Of a stretch of DNA of 64,000 nucleotides, positions 28,780-37,169 are shown in pieces (the stretch's first letter is position 1; every line of letters starts with the position of its first letter). The stretch is taken from NCBI GenBank assembly GCA_963804995.1, contig CAWDSK010000006.1, positions 2,080,001 to 2,144,000 of the forward strand, given 5' to 3'. Below the pieces are notes generated by a model. The model did not search any database, was not told the DNA's origin, and saw only the letters and a program-made list of their open reading frames with translations. This DNA comes from an uncultured Acidobacteriota bacterium. GTDB taxonomy: Bacteria; Acidobacteriota; Terriglobia; UBA7540. The position numbers and the translations under genes are program-made.

Positions 28780-29997
28780 TCATGGGCAGGCACGGTTTGC
28801 CGCAGCCCGGTAGCCTTTCCCCAGCGCTGCCTTTTGCGTCATGTACTCGCCCGCTTGCGTGTTCCCATACCATCTCGTGCCGGCGCAATGGTAAGTTCCA
28901 GAGTTCGTGTTCACCCAAACCTTGGCGTCCGGATTGCCGGGGGCGGTGGTTTTCTGCACCTCGGGCGGGGGCTTCTTGGCAGGAGTTTTGGGGGAGAGAA
29001 CCCCGTGCCACGCCAAGAGTGCGGCCAGCAGCACAACCAGTGCGGACACTCCCCCCGCGGCGGCGAGCCACACGCGGCGGCGCGGTTTGGTGGCTGTGGC
29101 CGGCTGACCAGCAACGGTAGATGCAGGCTCGGGTGCACCAGAGCTTGGCGACGGGGTGAGGGACCCTGCCAGGGGTGTGCCGGTTCGAAGCGCGGTCATC
29201 ACCTCGCGCACCTGGACGCAGCGCGCCACAGGATCCTTTTCCAGGCAACGCCGCAGAATGGATTGCAGCGGTTCCCCCACCTGCGCAAGCTGGGGCGGGG
29301 CGGCCACCATGATCTCCATGCTCAGCTCGAACGGTGTGGCGCCGCGAAAGGGCAACTCGCCGGTCACCATCTGGTAGAGCAGCACGCCCAGCGCCCACAC
29401 GTCGCTCTCGACGGTGGTGGGGTCGCCGCGCAGGACTTCCGGGGCGAGATAGGGCAGCGTTCCGGCTGTCGCGCCGGCCTCCGCCAGCGGCAGGCGCGAA
29501 CTGGTGACGTCCTTCATGCCGCGGCGCGGAATGCGGCGGCCCAGCCCGAAATCCAGTAGCTTGATATTGCCTTCAGAAGTAACGAGGATGTTTAAACCCT
29601 TTAGATCTCCGTGAATGACCCCGCGCTCGTGGGCGTAGGCCAGTGCGTCGGCAATTTGCGCACCGTAGCGCCGCACTTGCTCCACTGGCATTCCACCTTC
29701 AGGGATCAAGTCTGAGAGCGGCAGCCCGGCGATATACTCCATGGCGATGTAGGCACGCTCGTCCTCTTCTCCCAGGTCGTAGATGGCGGCGATGTGGGGA
29801 TGATTCAGATTGGAAGCCAGGCGCGCCTCACGGAGCAATCGAGCCCAGGCCAGCTCGTCGTTGCGCAGGTTGTCGGCCAGAACCTTGATCGCTACCGTCC
29901 GCTCCAACCGCAGGTCGCGCCCGCGATAGACCACGCCCGAACCGCCTTCGCCCAGGCGGTCTTCAACCTCGTAATGCGCCAGCGTCTTGCCGATCAT
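28780..29997 (-). CDS. Hanks-type Ser/Thr protein kinase with TM helix and small C-terminal domain
   Basis: GEGGSG, VAIK, HGDLK..N, DFG, APE, SDVWALG; TM helix; C-terminal VWVNTNSGTYHC...WYG. Confidence 0.93.
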   Translation of the reverse strand: MIGKTLAHYEVEDRLGEGGSGVVYRGRDLRLERTVAIKVLADNLRNDELAWARLLREARLASNLNHPHIAAIYDLGEEDERAYIAMEYIAGLPLSDLIPEGGMPVEQVRRYGAQIADALAYAHERGVIHGDLKGLNILVTSEGNIKLLDFGLGRRIPRRGMKDVTSSRLPLAEAGATAGTLPYLAPEVLRGDPTTVESDVWALGVLLYQMVTGELPFRGATPFELSMEIMVAAPPQLAQVGEPLQSILRRCLEKDPVARCVQVREVMTALRTGTPLAGSLTPSPSSGAPEPASTVAGQPATATKPRRRVWLAAAGGVSALVVLLAALLAWHGVLSPKTPAKKPPPEVQKTTAPGNPDAKVWVNTNSGTYHCAGTRWYGNTQAGEYMTQKAALGKGYRAAANRACP

Positions 29998-30021
29998 AGG
30001 GGAGGGCACTCCTCGACAGGC

Positions 30022-30050
30022 ATGGTAGCCTCAGGAGGGGCGTTTGTCAA
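30022..30050 (-). promoter_or_regulatory. sigma70-like promoter for the kinase gene
   Basis: Minus strand TTGACA-17 nt-TACCAT. Confidence 0.6.
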
Positions 30051-30382
30051 AAAGGTAATGGTCACATCGCCATCAGGCGCGACCTCGTATCGAAAACAAC
30101 TCCCCCGCTCGGGTGAGGTGGGGTGGCGCGCCGAGCCCCGATAGCGCGTTCTTTCCAAATTGATCATCGGGGCCGAGCGCCGGGGTGGTGCTGACTGGGT
30201 ATAGGGTTGGTGTTGCCCTGGGGCGTTTCGGACCGAGCCTGTGAGGTGTATACTCGCACCTCCACCGTTCGCCCTGCTGGCCTGACTGGGGACGATACGG
30301 CATCTGATCCTCAACAGCAACGGCGTGCGACAGTATTGCAGCGGGTGTTCAAGCTCAAAACACTGGAAAGGACTATCATCCT

Positions 30383-31978
30383 ATGCACAGACGCGACCTA
30401 CTCAAATCCCTTGCTTCTGCGGCTGCGGGACTGACCATCCTCAAGAGCGGTATGCTGCGCGGCGCGACCGCTCCCAGCAACAAACTAAATATCGCTCTCA
30501 TCGGCGCATGGGGCCGGGGCACGGCCCACTATAAATCGCTGCGGAACGAAAATGTCGTGGCGCTCTGCGACGTCAACGATCTGCGCACCAAGGAGGCGCT
30601 CCGGCTCTTCCCGGGCGCCAAGACCTACTACGACTGGCGGCGGTGCCTGGAGCAGAAGGATATCGAGGCGGTGGTCATTTGCACCGCCGACCATCATCAT
30701 GCCTTCATCGCCAACTGGGCGCTCAACCGCAATATGCACGTATTCTGCGAGAAGCCGCTGGGAATCAGCGTGGAAGAAGTGCGGGTGGTGCGTGCGAATT
30801 ACCTCAAGCGCAAGGCCAAGGTGGCCACTCAGCACGGAACGCAGCGGCACGCCTGTCCGAACTTCCAGCGCGTGCGCGAGTTGATTCTGGATGGAGCTAT
30901 CGGAGAGCTGAAGGTGGTGCATAGCTGGGACAGCCGGCAACTGCCGCGGCCGGGATATCCGGAAGGCCAGGGCATGGCGCCGTCGGTGCTGCATTACGCG
31001 GAGTGGATCGGACCCTCACCGGATCATCCCTACACCCCTCAGTACTTCGGCGGCTCGAGCGGCTTGAATTGCCTGTTCTGGAACATGTACCGGGACTTCG
31101 GAGTGGGGCAGATGGGCGACATGGGCGCGCACACCATGGACCTGGTGTGGAACGTCGTTGACGCCGGCGCGCCGATCGCAATCGAGATCGACCCGGAGGT
31201 TAGCGACAAGTACAATCCCGACATATGCCCGGTGAAGTTGAAGGCGCACTTCACCCATCCGGCGAATGCGTGGAGAGGGCCGGTGGAACTGGTGTGGTAC
31301 CAGGGTGGGCTGAAACCGGAGTCTCCCAAGGGCTACATCGATGTGAGCAAGATCGGCAACGGCGCAATCTTCGAAGGCACCAAGGGTACCCTCTTGTGCG
31401 ACTTCACATCCCGCCTGATCATTCCAAACGATGACGACGGGGACCTGACGTACTACCGGCGGCGTTCGAGCCAGGAACTGCTTCCGCTGGTGAATGGCAC
31501 CGGGATGCCAACACAAAAGCCTGCGAAACGGGCGGCCGGAGCGGCCTCAGGACCACCGCCGCTGCCGCCGGGATTCACGGCGCGCCCGAATGCGCAGCCG
31601 GGGCCGAACGGGTTCCCCACGGTCCAGTTCCTCGAGAACGGCCTCCCCGCGGGGCTGGGAATGCCGAACACCGACGTGGATGCAATCCTGGAAGCGGAGA
31701 AGAACGGTCGCCCGCTCGATCCCGATCCCTTCCAGTTGGAGTGGATTGCAGCCTGCAAAGGTAAGTATGACGGGGCGGTCCACGGAACCAGTAGCAAGAC
31801 GCACTGTGATTTTGACTACGCCGGGGTGATGATTGAGCAAATGCTGCTGGGTTTGGTCGCGCATCGCGCCGGGAAGAAGCTGGAGTACGACCCAGTTACT
31901 GGGACGATAACCAACGCGCCGGAAGCGAATGATTATTTGAAGAGGCAGTACCGCAAAAACTGGTCGTTGGACGGTTAG
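30383..31978 (+). CDS. Tat-exported Gfo/Idh/MocA oxidoreductase
   Basis: HRRDLL Tat motif, ALCDV, TADHHH, CEKP, GDMGAH; Pro-rich insertion near the C-terminus. Confidence 0.9.
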   Translation: MHRRDLLKSLASAAAGLTILKSGMLRGATAPSNKLNIALIGAWGRGTAHYKSLRNENVVALCDVNDLRTKEALRLFPGAKTYYDWRRCLEQKDIEAVVICTADHHHAFIANWALNRNMHVFCEKPLGISVEEVRVVRANYLKRKAKVATQHGTQRHACPNFQRVRELILDGAIGELKVVHSWDSRQLPRPGYPEGQGMAPSVLHYAEWIGPSPDHPYTPQYFGGSSGLNCLFWNMYRDFGVGQMGDMGAHTMDLVWNVVDAGAPIAIEIDPEVSDKYNPDICPVKLKAHFTHPANAWRGPVELVWYQGGLKPESPKGYIDVSKIGNGAIFEGTKGTLLCDFTSRLIIPNDDDGDLTYYRRRSSQELLPLVNGTGMPTQKPAKRAAGAASGPPPLPPGFTARPNAQPGPNGFPTVQFLENGLPAGLGMPNTDVDAILEAEKNGRPLDPDPFQLEWIAACKGKYDGAVHGTSSKTHCDFDYAGVMIEQMLLGLVAHRAGKKLEYDPVTGTITNAPEANDYLKRQYRKNWSLDG

Positions 31979-32077
31979 CCAGGCCGGTCGCCACCGTGTC
32001 GCCGCGGCGACCCTGTGGTGACCCGCTCTTGATAATGCTTATGCCCTATACCCCACAAGCGTCAACCTAAGGCCAAC

Positions 32078-33112
32078 TCACATTGTCAGAACTACGCGGA
32101 ACTGTGCGTCGCCGCTCATCATGCGCGCGTATGCCTCCGCCGCTTTTTCGAGCGGATAGGTTTCAATCATGGGGCGCACGCCGGTGAGTTCGGCAAACCG
32201 CAATGTATCCTCAGCATCCGTCGGTGTTCCCGAGGCCCAGCCTTGAATGCTTCGACTTCCATTAATGAGCTGTATCGGTGTGACCTCAATGGGATCAAAT
32301 GCCGCACCCACCACCATGAACTTGCCGTTCGGTCCCAGGCCGTCGATCAGCGCGGACATCGCTTTCGAGCTTGGGGCTGTCGCTAGAATGACCTGTGCGC
32401 CGCCCAGTTTTTGCAATTCTTCTGCGGCGTTCGTCGCTTTGCTATCGATGTACACGCTGGCTCCGAGTTTCTTTGCGAGTGCTGCGTTTTCGGATCCGCG
32501 CCCGACAGCCGCCACCTTATATCCAAACTTATTGGCGAATTGAATTCCGAGGTGACCCAGACCGCCAATACCCTGCACCGCAACCAGGTCGCCAGGGAGC
32601 GCACCGCTGTGCCGCAGCGCATTGAAGGTGGTAATTCCGGCGCAGAGCAGCGGCGCGGCTTCGGCGTCCCCCAAACTTTCCGGTATCGCCGTCAGTGCCT
32701 CGACGGGAGCCACCATGTATTGCTGGTATCCGCCGTCATAGCTGATGCCCGCGATTTTCAGATTACGGCAATTGCGAAAGTCTCCGCGCCGGCACTCAAG
32801 ACACGTTCCGTCGCGGCCGCCGTGCCAGCCGACGCCGGCGCGCTGGCCCTTCTTCCACTCGGAAACACCGGCGCCCACTTCATCAATGATGCCCGCCACT
32901 TCGTGTCCTGGAACGCGGGGATACTGAATTCCCGGCCAGGCGCCTTCTTTCGTAAGTGCGTCACTATGGCAAACGCCACAGGCCTGTACCTTGATGCGCA
33001 CGTGTCCTGCGCCAGGCGTAGGAATCTCGCGCTCGACGATCTGGAAGTCGGCTCCTCCCTTCGGGACCTGCGCCACCTTCATGGGTGCGATTGCGACTTT
33101 TGTTGTTGCCAT
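32078..33112 (-). CDS. zinc-dependent alcohol dehydrogenase (AdhP-like)
   Basis: CGVCHSD, PGHE, CLEC...C, APLLCAG, GIGGLGH. Confidence 0.95.
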   Translation of the reverse strand: MATTKVAIAPMKVAQVPKGGADFQIVEREIPTPGAGHVRIKVQACGVCHSDALTKEGAWPGIQYPRVPGHEVAGIIDEVGAGVSEWKKGQRAGVGWHGGRDGTCLECRRGDFRNCRNLKIAGISYDGGYQQYMVAPVEALTAIPESLGDAEAAPLLCAGITTFNALRHSGALPGDLVAVQGIGGLGHLGIQFANKFGYKVAAVGRGSENAALAKKLGASVYIDSKATNAAEELQKLGGAQVILATAPSSKAMSALIDGLGPNGKFMVVGAAFDPIEVTPIQLINGSRSIQGWASGTPTDAEDTLRFAELTGVRPMIETYPLEKAAEAYARMMSGDAQFRVVLTM

Positions 33113-33194
33113 AAATCCTCCTTTGAATGATCAGACTTTGTCGAAAAGGACTTGCTCTTGTGTGCGAGGCGAGCGAACCTTGCTCTTCGCACTT

Positions 33195-33335
33195 CTATCC
33201 CGCCACCTCGAATATGACTTCCAACTTGACCGAGCTGCCGAGCGGAAGGCTTGCGACGCCATACACCAAACGGCAGGGGCTCTTGTCTTTTCGAAGACGT
33301 CTTCGAGCAACTCCGAAGCGGCATTGAAAACTTCC
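33195..33335 (-). pseudogene. 3' remnant of a RidA/YjgF-family gene
   Basis: ...ASELLEDVF[frameshift]KDKSPCRLVYGVASLPLGSSVKLEVIFEV* resembles RidA C-termini; 5' part missing. Confidence 0.7.
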
Positions 33336-33750
33336 CTCAGCCCTCCACATCTGATGCATCAAAAGGCGCCAAACGCCCACTTTTTTTGGGTTCCAATTTG
33401 CCCCTGCCGCTTTCCGATTCCCTGCTGATTCCACCTTGGTGGCGCACTCGGAGCATCTTTCAAGGGAGTACCCATGCTTGCGTAGTGGTGCAGTTTGATG
33501 TAGAGGCGGCGGCATTCATCCAGATCCGGTCGGGACGCCGCCATTTGGCAAGGTGAACTCGCCGCTACAACATCAAACTACACCACTACCCGCGCTTGAT
33601 ATTGTTTGCGTCTTCCAGGGCTTGTGCTTCCAAATTCTGGAGCGCGGTAGCGCCTCTCGCATCTCAGAGAGTCTGCGGCTTTCCGGTCTTCCGCATTGAT
33701 AGAAATGTGAACGCGCTTCCAGCTTGAAGCCCCAACGGGGCGACCTACCA

Positions 33751-35015
33751 ATAGGGGTAGGGAGACGCGATTGGATTCGGTCCCCCTCCCTCCGAACCGG
33801 ACAGGCGGATTTCCCGCATCCGGCTCTCCAGTCGGTGGTTTTACCTCCGAGAGGATGGACGGACCGAGTCATGGGCGGCGACCAGAGAGAACAGCCCCTG
33901 CTCGGCAAAGAAGGCATTAGGTCAGCGGTGATGGTCGGTGCCGCGGCCTCGGCCCGGGCGTCCCTGGCGGTAGCGCAAGATGCTACGCAGCCGCATGCGG
34001 ACCCAGGAATCCAAGACCTCGAACGCGAAACGACAACTGTGCTGAAAATACTCGAACCAGCCTCGCAGCGTACGGTTCACGTCGGTGAGGATGGCCGCCC
34101 AGCTCTGCCCGGAGCGCCGTCTGTACCACCCGGTCACGCACCGTCGGAATCCCCAAGGGTCGCTTTTCTTTGCTCCCCAATTTGCGGATCCAGTGACGCC
34201 GTATCGCCTGCGGGCGATAGCTACCGTCCGCGAGCGACCGCGAGAGCTTTTCCAGGTTCGCTTCCAGGTGGCGCTCGAACTCTTCCACCGTCACGTGGTC
34301 TACACCGGCGGCTCCCTCGTTGGCCTTCACGCGAGCGAAGGCTTGCCGCAAAGTCGGCAGAGCGCAGACCTTATCCATCAGGCTGTACCACCTGCTTCCT
34401 TTCACTCCCTGTTCGAGAGCCGTCAACATCCGTTCCGTCCCAACCTCGGCTTCGACCCAGGCCCATCGAGCCTGAATCTCTCCGGCGGGGGTAGCTCGTT
34501 TTCCGAGCACTCCGTCCGGGGGGGCTTGCGGTGGTTTGTCCGTCACGTCTCCACCTTCCTGCGCTCCCTTCGCTCCATGGCCGTTACGCCACTTCTTCGC
34601 TACTATGGGCGCGGTGACTCCGGCGTGCACGCGCTCTTCCCGGCCCTTTCCAGGCGGCGGGGGCGGCTCTTCTACACGCCGGTCTCCCTGATTCACGCCA
34701 CCGGCCTTCCGGCCATTCTGTCTCCAATCACCTGCGGGCGCTCCGTCTCACCAAGGCACGTTACCTGTGGGTGGATCGGACCAAGACGGCTTCCCTCTAT
34801 GGGTTGTGCTCCCTCCGGGAACTCGGGGCTTCGTCCTCAGCTGGCAGACTCGCCGCTCCCCGCCGGCCGAATCGAGTTTCTTATCGTACGGACTGGCCGT
34901 TCACCTCCTGCTGCTCTCCACCCCGCCTCGCGGCGACGCAGTTGCAGTCGGTTTCAAGTTACGTTGACTTGGAGAGGACTTCCACCTCTCCGGTCGATGG
35001 CGCTTTCAGGCGCAC
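33751..35015 (-). mobile_element. group II intron 2 (IIB-type), internally deleted, 1265 nt
   Basis: 5' GTGCG at 35015; domain V GAGCCGGATGCGGGAAATCCGCCTGTCCGGTTC; domain VI ending CCCTACCCCTAT at 33751. Confidence 0.92.
33841..34546 (-). pseudogene. ltrA: truncated intron RT/maturase (central RT blocks including YADD deleted, frameshift, nonsense codon)
   Basis: RT0-2 (WYSLMDKV, GAAGVD, RPLGIPTVRDR) fused out of frame to the X domain (NRTLRGWFEYF); TGA where W is expected at 33922. Confidence 0.9.
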
Positions 35016-35404
35016 CAGCCCAGGCCGAAGGTCCGCCAATCTTAATGGAGGACCGAAGGCCTGGGTCAGGCAAACGCAACCAGTTTCCATCCGCAAGCCC
35101 TGAAGGTGCGGGCCAACCGTTGCCTCCCCACTTTCCCAACGGCATTTTCATCTCGATCTGTGGGGCGGAATAGAGGGTTCCCTAGATCGCCCTTTCAGGG
35201 CTTGGCGCGGGAAACAATCCGTTGACCCAGGCCGTTGGCCGGGCTGTGTCAGTTCGCCCCGTTGGGGCTTCCTTGCAAATTAGACACTACCCACCTCTTA
35301 TCCGCCCCGGACCGCTTGCCCAACCTCGTGTTATGATGTGTTTTCGACCCCCAAGGGGTCAGGGGTTTCATCCCACAAACCTAATCTGAGCAGGAGGCAC
35401 TTCG

Positions 35405-36428
35405 ATGAGCTCGACGAAGCAGAACCGTCGCGAGTTTCTGGAGCAGGTGACAATCGGTATGGCGGGCGCGGGCGCTGCCCTATCGGGTGACGCCCTGGGC
35501 GCGCCGGCTGGCGCCCCGGCCCATGGTGAAATGCCATATCGCACGCTGGGGCGCAGCGGTGAAAAAGTTTCCCTGCTGGGCCTCGGTGGATATCACATCG
35601 GCCTCCAGCACGATGAGCAGGAAAGCCTGCGCATCGTCCGCACCGCCATCGACAACGGCGTCAATTTCCTGGACAACTGCTGGGATTACAACGAGGGGGC
35701 GAGCGAAGTCCGCATGGGCAAAGCGCTCCAGGACGGTTACCGGAAAAAGGTCTTCCTGATGACCAAGACCGACGGGCAGTTAAAGGATGCCTGGAATCAG
35801 CAGACTTGAAGATTCCCTACGGCGGCTCCAGACGGAGACGATCGATCTCGTGCAATTTCACGAAGTGATCCGCCCCGGCGACCCCGACCGCATCTTCGGC
35901 CCCGGCGGCGCCATCGAGGCGGCGCTGGCCGCGAAGAAAGCCGGCAAGATCCGCTACATCGGCTTTACCGGCCACAAGGACCCCGACATCCATCTCAAGA
36001 TGCTGAACGCCGGCTTCCAGCACGGCTTCACATTTGACGCCGTCCAGATGCCGCTCAACGTTATGGATATGCACTTCAAGAGCTTCGCCAAGAAAGTGGT
36101 TCCCGTCCTGGTCGAGCACGGGATCGGGGTGCTGGGGATGAAGCCCATGGGAAATGGCATTATCCTCAAGAGCAATACTGCCACTCCTATTGAGTGCCTC
36201 CACTACGCCATGAACCTACAGACGTCGGTGGTCATCAACGGCTGCGATTCGCTCGAGCGGCTGCACCAGGGTCTCGAAGCCGCGCGCACCTTCCGGCCCC
36301 TCGGCCCGAAGGAGCTTGACGCGCTCTACGCCAAGACCGTCGAGGCCGGCCGCGAGGGCCGGTTCGAACCCTTCAAAACCACCAATGAGTTTGACGGCAC
36401 CGTCCACAACCCCGGCTGGCTGGGGTGA
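35405..36428 (+). CDS. Tat-exported aldo/keto reductase, split by a +1 frameshift at ~35804
   Basis: RREFL Tat motif, GLGG, DNCWDY, FLMTK | SLRRLQ..IDL, IRYIGFTGH. Confidence 0.88.
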
Positions 36429-36454
36429 CGGTGGCAAATCGCCGGAGGCCGCCT

Positions 36455-37066
36455 ATGTCCCAGATCACTGCCTTGTTCTTTGACGTGGGCGGCGTGTTGC
36501 TCACCAACGGCTGGGACCGCGGCGCGCGCAACCGGCTTGTCGAGAAGTTCAGTCTGGATGGGGAGGATTTTGAAGACCGGCACCTATTGGTGAGCGCCGC
36601 ACTCGACACCGGGCAACTCGAGCTCGATCATTACCTCAACCGCACTATCTTTTACCGCCCCCGAAACTTTTCGAAGCAAGCGGTGCTCGATTTCATGTAC
36701 GCGCAGTCGCAGCCGTTTCCGGAATCGCTGGCGCTGGTGGCGCGGGTGGCGCAATCCCGCAGGTTTCTCCTGGCAACTCTCAACAATGAGTCGCGCGAGT
36801 TGAATCTCTATCGCATTGAGAAATTCGGTCTGCGGAATTACTTCTCGGTGTTCTTCAGCTCCTGCTTCCTGGGCGTACAGAAACCCAACGCGCAAATTTA
36901 TCGCCTGGCGCTCGACCTTTCGCAGCGGCCGGCGGAGGAATGCGTCTTCATTGACAACCGGCCGCTCAACCTGGAATGTGCGCGGCGCCTGGGCCTGCAG
37001 ACGATTCAGTTTCGGAACGCGGCGCAGCTAGGGGAAGACCTGCGCAGCCTGGGAGTTGAGGTTTAA
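36455..37066 (+). CDS. HAD-family phosphatase (YihX-like)
   Basis: FFDVGGVL, LNN, KP..IY, FIDN. Confidence 0.9.
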   Translation: MSQITALFFDVGGVLLTNGWDRGARNRLVEKFSLDGEDFEDRHLLVSAALDTGQLELDHYLNRTIFYRPRNFSKQAVLDFMYAQSQPFPESLALVARVAQSRRFLLATLNNESRELNLYRIEKFGLRNYFSVFFSSCFLGVQKPNAQIYRLALDLSQRPAEECVFIDNRPLNLECARRLGLQTIQFRNAAQLGEDLRSLGVEV

Positions 37067-37169
37067 CGAGGGAAAACTGTGGTTGGCGCCCTGACGGCGC
37101 CTTGGGGTACGAGGTCTCGATGGGGAAGTTCGAGGGCCTGGCCGATGGCTTTCCCACCCTGCCCCAGGG

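Larger units (their letters stand above)
33726..35271. repeat. ~281-bp palindromic element with 18-bp perfect terminal inverted repeats, split by group II intron 2
   Basis: GAAGCCCCAACGGGGCGA (33726-33743) / TCGCCCCGTTGGGGCTTC (35254-35271); inner CCCAGGCC..GGCC(T)GGG and AGCCCTGAA/TTCAGGGCT hairpin pairs. Confidence 0.85.
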
